Source: a virus
Lineage: Duplodnaviria; Caudoviricetes
Direction: 5' to 3' (one strand)
Virus record (IMG/VR): IMGVR_UViG_3300025133_000099
Location: 1 to 63,511 of that record
DNA: 63,511 nt
Position numbers and translations under genes: made by a program. The notes below the pieces were generated by a model. The model saw only the letters and a list, made by a program, of their open reading frames with translations. It ran no database searches and was not told the origin of the DNA. Of this stretch, positions 29,146 through 39,154 are shown in pieces. The first letter of the stretch is position 1. Every line of letters begins with the position of its first letter.

Positions 29146-30753
29146 CTAAAACATCCATGAAAAGAACTGAAGGATTTTCTTGAGTCCATACGCTATCTTC
29201 TCGACGCCTCCGTACAATCCTATTGACTGGAATGCCCGAATCAGACCGTTAGTCACCTCACTGAGTTCTTGGAATGTCGAAATGACCTCAGAACCAACTT
29301 GGATGAGTTCGTTCTGAATAGCTGCGTCCCGTTGTAGGACGCCCATTCCACCTTGCATTTGATGAGCCATATGACTTGAAAAATCGGCGCTGGTGTCAAC
29401 GAGTCCCGCCGCGCCAGGGGAGTTGCCCAGAGCACCAAGAGCATCGCGGTGAACGCGAACGCCAACTGCTCCCATCGCTTGCTGCCTGATCAGATCCTGC
29501 ATCGCGCCGCCGCCGCCGATGTCAAACTGCCCAAGGTAGTTGCCCATGATTTCAGCATTTTGGGACGGGTCTTGCAGCTTGAACATTGCTTCAGCAAAAT
29601 CGTCGGGACTGCCTCCTTGGAAGCCAGCAGCGCGAGCAAGCATAAACGTCGTCGGATCACCGCCTGCTGAGTAGCCTTTGTTCGCTACGCCCTCTTGCCA
29701 GTTTTTAGTGATCGACGTTCCAGCAACCATCGCACCTTCAGATCCGCCGAGCGCCAAGCCCAGATTTTGTCCTGCGGCAATCATTCTGCTGACATCGAGG
29801 TTCCTCGCGCCGATTGTCGTCTGAGTCTCAACCTGTGAGGATACAGACTGGAGATACTGGGTAGCGCGGGATTTGTCGAATCCCATTCTGATCGATGTCG
29901 TCAGGAGCCGTAAGCCCTGCTGCCGCTCATTCGGGTTCTGGCCGCGCAATGCGCGTTCTGCTGTACCAATGGTGCCAACGTCAACCCCTGTTGTCCATTG
30001 CCCTGCAATGGCCTGTGCTGCGTCTTCTGGCCGTTCGCCGCCTTTTCGAGCAGAAGCTTGACCATAACCAGCCGCTGCTGACGTAAACTCAGTCGACGAC
30101 ATGCCCACTGAAAGACCTGCTCTTCGAACATCACCGTGGCCGCTTTTTCCGCCTATGAGGGCGTGACCGCTGCTTCGCCTTGTTTGGAGATTCTCTTTGT
30201 ACGCTTGTGAGGCGTGAGCGCCCATTGCCAAAGCGCCAAGAACGGTGGGGCCAATCCACTTTGCTCCCCCTGTCAATAAACCAAGACCTGTGTGCCCTTC
30301 TTCAGCGTCTTGACGGTCACCACCACCGCTGACGCCGTCTCCGCCGCTGCCGCTGCCGCTGCCGCCTCCGCCTCCGCCTCTGCCGCCGCCGCCTCCGCCT
30401 CCGCCTGAGCCGCCGCCGCTTGGGGCACCGCCGCCTGCGCCGCGTGCTTTAGCAATCTCACTGTTCAGACGCTGAACCTCTGCTGTTGCTTCGCGTGCTG
30501 TCTTGCCGATCTCTGAAAGTTCACCGCGCACACGCTTGAGGTTCCCGACATGTGAAGCTGCCTCGTCGAGAGATTCTTCAAACTTCTTGACGTTTTCGGA
30601 GGCTTGCTCGAAAGCCTGTCCTGTTGCCTCCGTAGCTTTGGTGAACTCCTGAGTACGCTTGGGATCGAGGGTCTTGTCGAGCACCTTGCCCAAGTCGTTC
30701 ACTTGGCGGGCATTGACCTTCATGGTCAAGGTAGTGTTGATGTTATTCGACAT
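29146..30753 (-). CDS. Tape measure protein (short, with Gly-rich tract)
   Basis: Follows the chaperones; N-terminal coiled coil; A/G-rich helical body. Confidence 0.65.
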   Translation of the reverse strand: MSNNINTTLTMKVNARQVNDLGKVLDKTLDPKRTQEFTKATEATGQAFEQASENVKKFEESLDEAASHVGNLKRVRGELSEIGKTAREATAEVQRLNSEIAKARGAGGGAPSGGGSGGGGGGGGRGGGGGGSGSGSGGDGVSGGGDRQDAEEGHTGLGLLTGGAKWIGPTVLGALAMGAHASQAYKENLQTRRSSGHALIGGKSGHGDVRRAGLSVGMSSTEFTSAAAGYGQASARKGGERPEDAAQAIAGQWTTGVDVGTIGTAERALRGQNPNERQQGLRLLTTSIRMGFDKSRATQYLQSVSSQVETQTTIGARNLDVSRMIAAGQNLGLALGGSEGAMVAGTSITKNWQEGVANKGYSAGGDPTTFMLARAAGFQGGSPDDFAEAMFKLQDPSQNAEIMGNYLGQFDIGGGGAMQDLIRQQAMGAVGVRVHRDALGALGNSPGAAGLVDTSADFSSHMAHQMQGGMGVLQRDAAIQNELIQVGSEVISTFQELSEVTNGLIRAFQSIGLYGGVEKIAYGLKKILQFFSWMF

Positions 30754-30755
30754 GA

Positions 30756-31232
30756 CTACTCGATCCCTCCAAAGTCTGGCTCGCGGCCTTCAGCAATAGC
30801 AGTTTCCCATGCGTCTACCACTGAATCACCTGTCAAAACCGCCTCATCCCATGATGTAGGTGTTTTCAGGTTCCGTGGCGGCCCCCAACGCTTAGACGAC
30901 AATCCTTGTCCTGCGTTAGCAGCGGCTGCATTTCGCAGAATCTCGCGCAGCTTCTCTTTCTTTGCCTTGTCGCCGCTTGCGCCTGCGATTGTCGCCTCAT
31001 TCTGGCTGGTGATCGCCGCTTCAATATCACGGAGATCACCCATTGAAAGACTCTCAATGTCGTTTCCGACACCTGCTTCCATAGCCAAAGCTGTGCGGTC
31101 TTCGACCACCTTGTCCATGTGGTGAAGCAGCGCAATCATGTGCTTCTCGGTGAAATCTTCGTAGTCGATAGGCGGTTTTCCGCATTTCTTGTACCAGATC
31201 CATTTGGTGAGCCACTTGTCATCATCAAGCAT
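30756..31232 (-). CDS. Tail assembly chaperone, downstream ORF (possible frameshift extension)
   Basis: Lies between chaperone and tape measure; frame stays open upstream to 31445; TGDSVVDAWE motif. Confidence 0.6.
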   Translation of the reverse strand: MLDDDKWLTKWIWYKKCGKPPIDYEDFTEKHMIALLHHMDKVVEDRTALAMEAGVGNDIESLSMGDLRDIEAAITSQNEATIAGASGDKAKKEKLREILRNAAAANAGQGLSSKRWGPPRNLKTPTSWDEAVLTGDSVVDAWETAIAEGREPDFGGIE

Positions 31233-31782
31233 CTGCCTCGCTACTTCCAGATGACTCAACGCCCCAAAATCGGGCTTCGTGTGAAGCCACCTCCGCGTAG
31301 ATAGCAACGAGAACACCGACATCGCGCAAATGTGGCAACTCCTGTGCCCAATCTGGCGCTTCTTGAAGCGAAATAGCAAGATGCGCCTGCATCTCGAAAA
31401 TGTTGAGCGTTTGTTGGTCGAGCGTGCTGGCTTGCATTCCGCCAAGCATCTTTGCTCGCGTCATCCCGACGGCAGCGCGTTCGCGGATCGTCAACACATG
31501 CGTGGTGAAAGACCCCTGCCAGTGGTAGCCGCGCTGATCTTCGTAGTCGAGTTCAAACGTATAGGTGTCTGTAACGTCCCCAACGCCCTTGTCGTCGTTC
31601 AGATGACCCATAACGGCGTCAACTACTGCGACAGTCTCAGGAGGCAGTGTAGCCGCCTCTACGCCGACAGCGTTGCCACCCTTTTTCTTGGGCGGAGTCT
31701 TGCGGGCCTTGCGACCTGCCGCTCCGATGTTGCTCTTACTCGATCCGCCCTTGTTGCCTGTGCTCGCTTCCGTGCGTGCCAT
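31225..31782 (-). CDS. Tail assembly chaperone
   Basis: Follows the tail tube gene; APDW...DVGVLVAIYAEV...RF. Confidence 0.7.
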   Translation of the reverse strand: MARTEASTGNKGGSSKSNIGAAGRKARKTPPKKKGGNAVGVEAATLPPETVAVVDAVMGHLNDDKGVGDVTDTYTFELDYEDQRGYHWQGSFTTHVLTIRERAAVGMTRAKMLGGMQASTLDQQTLNIFEMQAHLAISLQEAPDWAQELPHLRDVGVLVAIYAEVASHEARFWGVESSGSSEADA

Positions 31783-31816
31783 GATAGTAGCCTCCTTGCA
31801 TTGTTATTGTCGTCTA

Positions 31817-32269
31817 TTACAGATCAGATTCATCTCTGGCTCTGATAGCGACCATGGTTACATTGGTTCCGACGACACCGCGTGCCGTCACGTTTACGTT
31901 TCGCTCACTGATCCGCACGCCTTCAACGTGCATGATCACAGTTGGCGATCCGATATTTGCGTCAGCTTCGATTGTCGCTGTAAGCTCTCCACTCGTGAGA
32001 ATGTTGCTCAAGTGATCCTCTGGCCCTGTTCCCTGCTTGGGAAACCAGCCCGACGACTTGATGGTGGTGCCGATAATCCGCACCAACTCAGCGGTCATGC
32101 TGACCTCGTAGTCCGTCGGAGCGTGCTCTGTCACCTGGATATTATCCAGGACTTTGATCGGGTCGTAGGTGATATTTTCACGGATAGTGACGCCTGTGGC
32201 GTAACCCACCTGCGTCCCGTCCAGAGAGAATCGCGCTCTTGCGCCAGTAAGTACATTTCCAGTTGCCAT
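31817..32269 (-). CDS. Tail tube protein
   Basis: 150 aa directly after the sheath; LTGARARFSLDGTQVGYATG. Confidence 0.8.
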   Translation of the reverse strand: MATGNVLTGARARFSLDGTQVGYATGVTIRENITYDPIKVLDNIQVTEHAPTDYEVSMTAELVRIIGTTIKSSGWFPKQGTGPEDHLSNILTSGELTATIEADANIGSPTVIMHVEGVRISERNVNVTARGVVGTNVTMVAIRARDESDL

Positions 32270-32286
32270 TTTAGTAGCCTCCCTGC

Positions 32287-35073
32287 TTATTCAGACGCGA
32301 ATGATGCGCTGACCAGATGGATTGTCGTCTTGACAAAGTTGACTGGAATGACAGGAGCAAGCTCCACATCAATCGTCATCACATCTGCCGAGATTTCGAT
32401 AGTGAGATTTTGGTAGGACGTAATCGTTCGCGCTGCGATCAACTGACCGAGAATCGACACCGCGATACTCTGTGCCGATGTCACTGTGCCTGCAAATCCC
32501 TTCTTACCGATGAGTGCTTCCATCGACTGCCTAAAGTTGTAAACAGAGTAGTTCACAGCTTCGTTGACAGATGCTTCGATGTACGCGAGATTGTCGTCAA
32601 TAAGGTGAGTAGTCACGTTACGCAGCCAGCGGAACCCGACGTTCGGCACCTTCTCGATCATACAAAGACCTGATTGAATCATGTCATCTGCGTCATCTTG
32701 GATGGTGTAAGAAGCGTCGTGGCCGCTGAACCCAAGTACATTCAGATACTTGAATGTCAAGCTTGTTCCGACCTCACAGCCTGCTTGCATTCCTGCGACG
32801 ATGCAAGCGGTGAATGGTGGAGCAAACGTCTCTTTCGAGCCTGCCAAGTTGTACCTGTCGACGCTTTGTACGCAAAGGCGTGCGTGCCGCGTGTTCATAG
32901 CCATCGCCAGTGTCTTAGAGTCAGAAAGTGACGTACCGTCTGCTGCTCCAAGGACGCAATCCCGCTCAGACCTTCCCGCGCCTGCCATGTAAGTACAGTG
33001 TGAGATCGCAGCAGCGTGAACCGCTGCGTCTGTCGTCATGACGACAATCGTATTCACACGGTGGTCGCGTAGCATGTCAAGTGCTGCCTGCCAGTGTGAG
33101 AACGTGGTGGCACCTTCGACCCCACCAGTCAGGAACTGACTGCTCGATGTGTTGCTGGGTGCGCCTGTCGCGCTTGCGGCTTCAGCAGCAGTCAAAAACG
33201 TCGAGCCAGCATTGACGGCGGAAACCATCGACGCGAGTACCGCGAGTACGCGGTAGCTCGAACCGACCGCAACACCAGCGAACAAGTCGAGGGTTGCGAC
33301 AAGAACCGTTGATGACGCCGCGCCAGTCAGCTTCGATACAGACCAGTTTGTCTTTGCGTCAAAATAGTCCTCCAAGTCATCGAGCGCGGAGTACGTCGAT
33401 GTCGAAAGACTGAACGGAACCCAAGACATCGCGAAAGCAGCGGCATTAGGCAAGTGAGCAGCAGCGATTCCAGTGATTGTCGCGAAAACAGTAGTGGTTG
33501 TACCACTGCTTGCACCAGTGATTGCCACCTTCTCCATCACCGCAGATCCTGCGGCATTTGTTCCGATGACAACGACATCAGTAGTCCCAGCAGTTGCTCC
33601 CGCTGACCAACCGACGACGCTTCCCGGCGCTGCTGCGGTGGAGAACAACGACAATCCGATTGTCGTCGCAGATGCGGCAACGGTCATGATCGTCGTTGAT
33701 TGGTTCGCAGATGAAACCGTGATATTTCCTATCGCGGCTGCATCAAGCGACAATCCGAGAACCTTCGACCACGAGCCTGTCGATGTGACAAGTGTTGTGG
33801 AATCAGACGAATCCAACGCAACCGTTTCGGATTGTACGTTGGACGACATGTCCAGTCCGTAGATCGTTACTGAGCGTCCAACATCGCCTACGTCGCTGGA
33901 TGCGACACGGACAGTTCCTTGGTCGAGGATCAACCCGCTCACGTTCACTGTGTTTGCCGCTGCAACACCGCCTAAACCGATGTACTGGATAGATGTCCAG
34001 TCGGCAATAGTCGATGCCACAGCAGTTGTGCCTGACAAGGTGACAAGCTCGGCTTGCGCTCCCAACCCTGCACTTACGCCAATGACGCATAGTGGTTCAG
34101 TAGAGGCTCCGCCTGCCGCGAGACTCAGTGCAGCACTCGACACTTCCAGCGGGTTTGCTGACATGTCGAGAAGCCCTGCGGTCAATACAGCAGGTGCGAC
34201 TGTGGCGATTGTCGCTGGGACACCGTCAATCATGGTAAGCGTACCAGCGCAGGCTGCGGATAGGACAACACCGAAAACAGTGTCAAAGAACTTTGCACCA
34301 ACTACTGGTGTAACGCCGTTCAATGTAAGCGTTTCGCTGACCATCGAGCCTGATTGAGCGCCGTAGATCGTTACTGTCTGCGTAGTATCAGCGGCACTAC
34401 TGCTCGACACTGTCATAAGTGACGAAACTGCTGGTTGGGCCGCGATCTCAGAGTCAAGACCAAGCGTCGAAAACCTGCCGACGTAGTCGTTCTGGCGTCC
34501 AGCAAGAGACGCTGCCGCAGTAGACGACAATAGCGAATCTGTGAGGGTAGCCGTCGCTGTTGCTGGGCCTGCGTATTTGAGATCAAAGATGCCTTCGAGT
34601 CCGATGTCGTCGAAAACCTCAACATCAGCCCCAGATGTGACAGTTACAGATTTACCCCCTGCCGAGCCATCTGCGATGTCGACACTCAGTTTCTCCGTGA
34701 AAGCTCCGTAGTCTTTCGAGGTAAAGACGATGGAGTCACCGTCAGCATTCGCGAGCGTCAAGGCGCTCTGCGTAGCTGGGTTGACCTTCACAAACTTCAC
34801 CGCTTGAGCACCAGCAGGAACGTCGGGGTCTTTGCTTGGGTCAAAGAGCATCTGGCCAGCTTCTGGCAGATCCCCTGACTTGAAAGTTCGTCCGATCTTT
34901 CCAGGGTTAGTAATGTTGTGAATCACAGCGGGCTGACCGCCCTCGGCTTCTCCGATACAAGCGATGATCCCGCTTGCACCAAGACCGACGCCTGAAAGTC
35001 CAGAAGCGTCGACTTGTGAATAAGAGCCGGGAATGCTTGTCACACGCCCATTGAAGTAGATTGTCGTTGCCAT
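32287..35073 (-). CDS. Contractile tail sheath protein with a large internal insertion
   Basis: IPGSYSQVD, IIACIGEAEGG, SKDYGA, FLTGG, SLTFKYL, C-terminal APVIPVNFV. Confidence 0.9.
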   Translation of the reverse strand: MATTIYFNGRVTSIPGSYSQVDASGLSGVGLGASGIIACIGEAEGGQPAVIHNITNPGKIGRTFKSGDLPEAGQMLFDPSKDPDVPAGAQAVKFVKVNPATQSALTLANADGDSIVFTSKDYGAFTEKLSVDIADGSAGGKSVTVTSGADVEVFDDIGLEGIFDLKYAGPATATATLTDSLLSSTAAASLAGRQNDYVGRFSTLGLDSEIAAQPAVSSLMTVSSSSAADTTQTVTIYGAQSGSMVSETLTLNGVTPVVGAKFFDTVFGVVLSAACAGTLTMIDGVPATIATVAPAVLTAGLLDMSANPLEVSSAALSLAAGGASTEPLCVIGVSAGLGAQAELVTLSGTTAVASTIADWTSIQYIGLGGVAAANTVNVSGLILDQGTVRVASSDVGDVGRSVTIYGLDMSSNVQSETVALDSSDSTTLVTSTGSWSKVLGLSLDAAAIGNITVSSANQSTTIMTVAASATTIGLSLFSTAAAPGSVVGWSAGATAGTTDVVVIGTNAAGSAVMEKVAITGASSGTTTTVFATITGIAAAHLPNAAAFAMSWVPFSLSTSTYSALDDLEDYFDAKTNWSVSKLTGAASSTVLVATLDLFAGVAVGSSYRVLAVLASMVSAVNAGSTFLTAAEAASATGAPSNTSSSQFLTGGVEGATTFSHWQAALDMLRDHRVNTIVVMTTDAAVHAAAISHCTYMAGAGRSERDCVLGAADGTSLSDSKTLAMAMNTRHARLCVQSVDRYNLAGSKETFAPPFTACIVAGMQAGCEVGTSLTFKYLNVLGFSGHDASYTIQDDADDMIQSGLCMIEKVPNVGFRWLRNVTTHLIDDNLAYIEASVNEAVNYSVYNFRQSMEALIGKKGFAGTVTSAQSIAVSILGQLIAARTITSYQNLTIEISADVMTIDVELAPVIPVNFVKTTIHLVSASFASE

Positions 35074-35083
35074 GTCGTTTCTC

Positions 35084-35446
35084 CTACTTCAAGGCTGAGG
35101 GGTTTGGTCGATGGTTGCCACCATCAGGGCCGCGTCTAAGGCCATGAATCGGCCTGTCTGCGAACTCTTGAAGCAAGCCTTCCCATTCTTCTGCGGAACG
35201 CTTCTCACGGGCGGTAATGCCGCGAGCCTTGCACCACACGCGGAAAGCGCGTCCACCTTTCGGGAAAAGTGGCGATTCTGAACCAGCAGCTTCGGGGCGC
35301 ATCACACGCTTTCGAGGCTGATCGGGCTGCTGCTCGACGCCGACGGGCGTATGCTTGGCACGCTGGCGTTCAGGAATGAAAACAGACGCAACTGTGGTGG
35401 GCTGATTTGTTTGTTCGGATTGTGTCTTACGCTTTTTAGGTGGCAT
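35084..35446 (-). CDS. Hypothetical protein
   Basis: RBS present; position before the sheath gene; EEWEGLLQEFADRP. Confidence 0.6.
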   Translation of the reverse strand: MPPKKRKTQSEQTNQPTTVASVFIPERQRAKHTPVGVEQQPDQPRKRVMRPEAAGSESPLFPKGGRAFRVWCKARGITAREKRSAEEWEGLLQEFADRPIHGLRRGPDGGNHRPNPSALK

Positions 35447-35455
35447 TTTTACCTC

Positions 35456-36121
35456 TTATGTTGTGATTGGATGGACGCCGCCACCTACATCTTCATGTAG
35501 GATGTCAAGCGTGCCATTACCAGTCAAAAACTCTTCTACATTCATCAAAGCCGCTGCCAATGCGTCAGTATCTGTCCATTCTTCCTCGTACTCGATTGTG
35601 ATCGACAATCGGCGCACAAATAGGTTGTCAGGGGTATAACGCGCATCGGGTGCCATTTCCTGTCCAGATATGACAGGTTCGTTCAAACCGCCTTCCAGCA
35701 ACCGCCACATGCCGACATTGATAATCTTTCTGACTACGCGGTAGTAGAATGCACAAATGTCGGGATGCTCTGCGTATATGTGAACGCCGTAGGTTCCAGT
35801 CACACGGCGCTTGAACCTTGAGCCAGCCTTGTTGTCAGGGTCGCTGCCTAAAAAGTAAGCTTCCTCACCTACTCCCACATAATCTTGCGCGATTTCCTCG
35901 GACAAGAGCGTAATCGCAAAGCACGGGAATGGGCCTTCTGATCTGGCGTAACCAGAGACGACAATCGGAGGATGGTCGTCCCAGTAAGACTTGACGCTGG
36001 TTAGGTCTTTGGCGCTGAGATCGGCAAGGATCGTATCCAGCAGATCAGTGTCGCCTGTGATAGCCGAAACCCCTTGCTTCAACACCAGCGAAATACGCTG
36101 TTCTGGTACTGAAGCACTCAT
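35456..36121 (-). CDS. Probable tail terminator/completion protein
   Basis: Synteny; FPCFAITLLSE, LFVRRLSITIEY. Confidence 0.55.
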   Translation of the reverse strand: MSASVPEQRISLVLKQGVSAITGDTDLLDTILADLSAKDLTSVKSYWDDHPPIVVSGYARSEGPFPCFAITLLSEEIAQDYVGVGEEAYFLGSDPDNKAGSRFKRRVTGTYGVHIYAEHPDICAFYYRVVRKIINVGMWRLLEGGLNEPVISGQEMAPDARYTPDNLFVRRLSITIEYEEEWTDTDALAAALMNVEEFLTGNGTLDILHEDVGGGVHPITT

Positions 36122-36951
36122 CCCTTTCCTCCGTGTCCGATCATTGCGCCGCGAACCATGTTGAGCGACAGTTTCCTTACATACTTTGGAATCTTCTTTA
36201 TTTCCTTATCAAAGAAGTGGTGGGCTGGGATTCCTGGGTGAATCCACTTGCCTTTTGAGGCTGAGGATTCGCTCACTCGACGGAAAGTAGCATACTGATT
36301 TCCGCTGCCCTTAGCGTATGTCTTGTGCTCTCGAACCATCCCAGCGTAGGGGTCAACTGTGTGATTTGCTTTGAGTTTTCGAGCACCCAACATGTAGGTG
36401 GTTGCACTGTTCAAACGCTGACCCCACGCAGATCCGCCAGAAGGTGTCGACGTTGTTGCTGACAGCTTCTGAGCGACCTTATGGATGCGTTTACCAAGAA
36501 GCTCGGCTTCGATACGCGACAACCCGCGATGCTTACGGTCTGCTTCGCCCATCGCGCCTTTCGAGCGTCCAGTCGTGTCAGCGCCAGCGTGTATGAACTT
36601 GACTGTCGCATAGCGTTTGCCGTCTTTGGAAACCCGTGATGTGCGACCTTGAGTCAGGTACGGAACCATGTTGCCGCCAGCAAATCCGTGTTCTACTTTG
36701 TTCGGCAGCCAGCCCGTCAGAACAATCTCGCCTGTTTTCACAAGACCACGCTTCAACGCTATTGTCGTGACTGGGTAGTCTTTCTTAGACAAAGCCTTGG
36801 TGTAGTCCGATGAGGACGTTCTCAACTCGCGTTGAGCGCGGCCTTGTATTCCCGCGAACACCATTGTAAGAACCTCTGGAGCGAGCTTCTTGGCGACTGC
36901 TGGGAGGGCTTTCAAGCCCGCAGGCACAGTGATGTCTACTGTGTGAATCAT
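36118..36951 (-). CDS. Neck/tail completion protein (basic)
   Basis: YATFRRVS...WIHPG motif; synteny. Confidence 0.6.
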   Translation of the reverse strand: MIHTVDITVPAGLKALPAVAKKLAPEVLTMVFAGIQGRAQRELRTSSSDYTKALSKKDYPVTTIALKRGLVKTGEIVLTGWLPNKVEHGFAGGNMVPYLTQGRTSRVSKDGKRYATVKFIHAGADTTGRSKGAMGEADRKHRGLSRIEAELLGKRIHKVAQKLSATTSTPSGGSAWGQRLNSATTYMLGARKLKANHTVDPYAGMVREHKTYAKGSGNQYATFRRVSESSASKGKWIHPGIPAHHFFDKEIKKIPKYVRKLSLNMVRGAMIGHGGKG

Positions 36952-37754
36952 TAGCTGCCCCTCGCTGCCGTCAGGAAGTCGAGGCGAACTTTGAATGTCG
37001 TCGGAAGAACTTGAGGCTCGCGAGTTCCTTTGAGTCCAGACGTTGGGCCACGCAAACCCTGAACACCGTATGTCGCATCATCGACAATCCAAACTGGACG
37101 ACAATCGTAGTGAATGGTGTACATGGTTCCTACTGCTGGGCCGCGTCCAGATAAAAACTGGAGTCTGGCTGGTTCGCTCTGGGTTGACTCCAGAATACGA
37201 TAATCTATACCATGATAGAACCGATTGTCGTCTGCATCTGCGATGAAGTTGATCTCAATGGGTTCGTAGCGCATAGCTTGTTGTTGGGCCGTGGTGCTCC
37301 TGCCTGTTTTACCGACAGCTACTGTTGAGCCTTTTCCAGACGACAATAGCAGTTCCGTCCAAGCCATTTCTTGCTCGGTGCTGATGAATCGATCACGGTA
37401 GCCAACACGCATCTCTTGCTGCATTGTCATCAATGCTTCACTGAAAGTGAACTCACCAAACGTCTCGAACAAGCTGGGGTTCATTGTCGCTTGACCAAAC
37501 GTACATGTTACCTCAACGAAATCCCGCGTATTGTGTCGATCACGGCTGGTTTCGGGCGAAATGTACCACCAGCCGTCACCACCACATTTAGCGCATGTCG
37601 GAGTAAACTGATCCGAGTTCTCCATGCGGCAGGGGCATTCGACTGCTCTTGACCACTGGAACTTGAGGCCAAGTCCTTGAATGACTTGACGAAACAGCCT
37701 CGGATCGAAAGTACCAAGCGGGCCTGTTTTGGGTTCGATAACAGGCTGACTCAT
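36951..37754 (-). CDS. Head closure/neck protein with CPC...CxxCxG motif
   Basis: WSRAVECPCR...CAKCGGDGWWY, as in SPO1/Twort-like neck proteins. Confidence 0.65.
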   Translation of the reverse strand: MSQPVIEPKTGPLGTFDPRLFRQVIQGLGLKFQWSRAVECPCRMENSDQFTPTCAKCGGDGWWYISPETSRDRHNTRDFVEVTCTFGQATMNPSLFETFGEFTFSEALMTMQQEMRVGYRDRFISTEQEMAWTELLLSSGKGSTVAVGKTGRSTTAQQQAMRYEPIEINFIADADDNRFYHGIDYRILESTQSEPARLQFLSGRGPAVGTMYTIHYDCRPVWIVDDATYGVQGLRGPTSGLKGTREPQVLPTTFKVRLDFLTAARGS

Positions 37755-39136
37755 ACGACAACCATTCTTGTCGCCTTGCCGTAGAACCTACGGAGATTCG
37801 GCAACATCTCCTTGATCTCTTTCTGGTATTCGATGACTCGCGCACCGTAGCCGCTGTTTGTCGCGGAAGCGGTTGTTGACACGTTCTGCGACAACCCTGG
37901 GAGGCTCACGCTCTTGGTCGCGATACCTGCACCAGCGATAAGGTCACCAGCGATATTCAGCACTCCGATACTTGCCCACATACCGATGACATGCTTGATG
38001 TCTGGAGGACAGTGACCCGTCTCGAAACCTGCTCGATAACTGAAATGCCAGATTCCCGGAACGCGGCCCGTTCGACCACTCCAGAGAGGCATCAAAGCCC
38101 CAGGAATCAGGAGGACATCTGCGATTCCACCCTGCCCCGGAACAATCTGAATCACACCATGTGCGCCTTTTTCGGTGTTCACAACCCATTTCGGATTGAT
38201 GATCACCTCTGACTGCATCGAGGGGTATTTGAACTTGACTGTGTCAACAGCGATCACGGGGTATCGCTGAAGCTGGAAATAGCCCCAACGTGCGTAATCA
38301 CGCGCAAAGTGGTCGTGTACCTCGTCGGTCACAGTCTCAGGCACGAGCGAAATATCAAGCTCTTTGGACAGCCAGTCTGCCCCAGCTTCGATGTAGTGGC
38401 GGAGCATCCTATCTGGAAACGGGGTGCCGTCATCTCGTGTTAGGTCTGCGCCAAACAGGTAAAGCTCTTTCAACTCATCGACAGTGATTAGCAGGGCTGA
38501 TTCGCCTTCTGTCTCCGCCGACGTAATCGTACTGTACTGGGAATCCCCGCTGCTATCTGTGTATTTTGCGCGGTAGATGACATCGTGCTCGCCTGCGGTT
38601 GTGTCGGTGACTTTGTAGAAGCTGACGTTCGGCAGAAGCTCGATTGTTGCGATTGTCGTCCACGGGCCGCTTGAAGCTGCTGCGCGTTCGAGCGCGATAC
38701 TTGTGAAACGCTCAATGACTGTGTTCACAGGGAAAGCTTTGACGGTGACGTAGGTGACCAAGTCGTTTTCGCCACCAATATCGGGAACGCCGTCAGCGTC
38801 TGCATCTTCACGAACCTCGCCGCGTGCGACAGTTTCAACCTCTGGAACCAAGCCAAGAAGGTCAAATCGGATTGTCGTCTCGTCTGGCGCAATGAACTCG
38901 CGGTCAAACCCAACGGAGGGAATCTCGAACCTGTACCGAAATCCGACAATGGCGTTTACGGCAAATGCGCCTGTGCCGTCCGTCAGCGTCTCGACGGGGG
39001 TGGCCAGCACACCAATCCCCGACATTGCCTCGGCAGACGACACAGACGCGGCAGCGGGCGACAGGCGCGTAACTACGTCGCTGACCCCGTTACCAGAAGC
39101 ATCCTGAATCGTGCCTGTGATGTTGACCGTTGCCAT
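37751..39136 (-). CDS. Head-tail adaptor with N-terminal Ig/FN3-like domains
   Basis: LITVDELKELYLFG, YRAGF...PPDIKHVIG, SVSLPGLSQ. Confidence 0.65.
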   Translation of the reverse strand: MATVNITGTIQDASGNGVSDVVTRLSPAAASVSSAEAMSGIGVLATPVETLTDGTGAFAVNAIVGFRYRFEIPSVGFDREFIAPDETTIRFDLLGLVPEVETVARGEVREDADADGVPDIGGENDLVTYVTVKAFPVNTVIERFTSIALERAAASSGPWTTIATIELLPNVSFYKVTDTTAGEHDVIYRAKYTDSSGDSQYSTITSAETEGESALLITVDELKELYLFGADLTRDDGTPFPDRMLRHYIEAGADWLSKELDISLVPETVTDEVHDHFARDYARWGYFQLQRYPVIAVDTVKFKYPSMQSEVIINPKWVVNTEKGAHGVIQIVPGQGGIADVLLIPGALMPLWSGRTGRVPGIWHFSYRAGFETGHCPPDIKHVIGMWASIGVLNIAGDLIAGAGIATKSVSLPGLSQNVSTTASATNSGYGARVIEYQKEIKEMLPNLRRFYGKATRMVVV

Positions 39137-39154
39137 ACGGCACCTCCAGCATGA

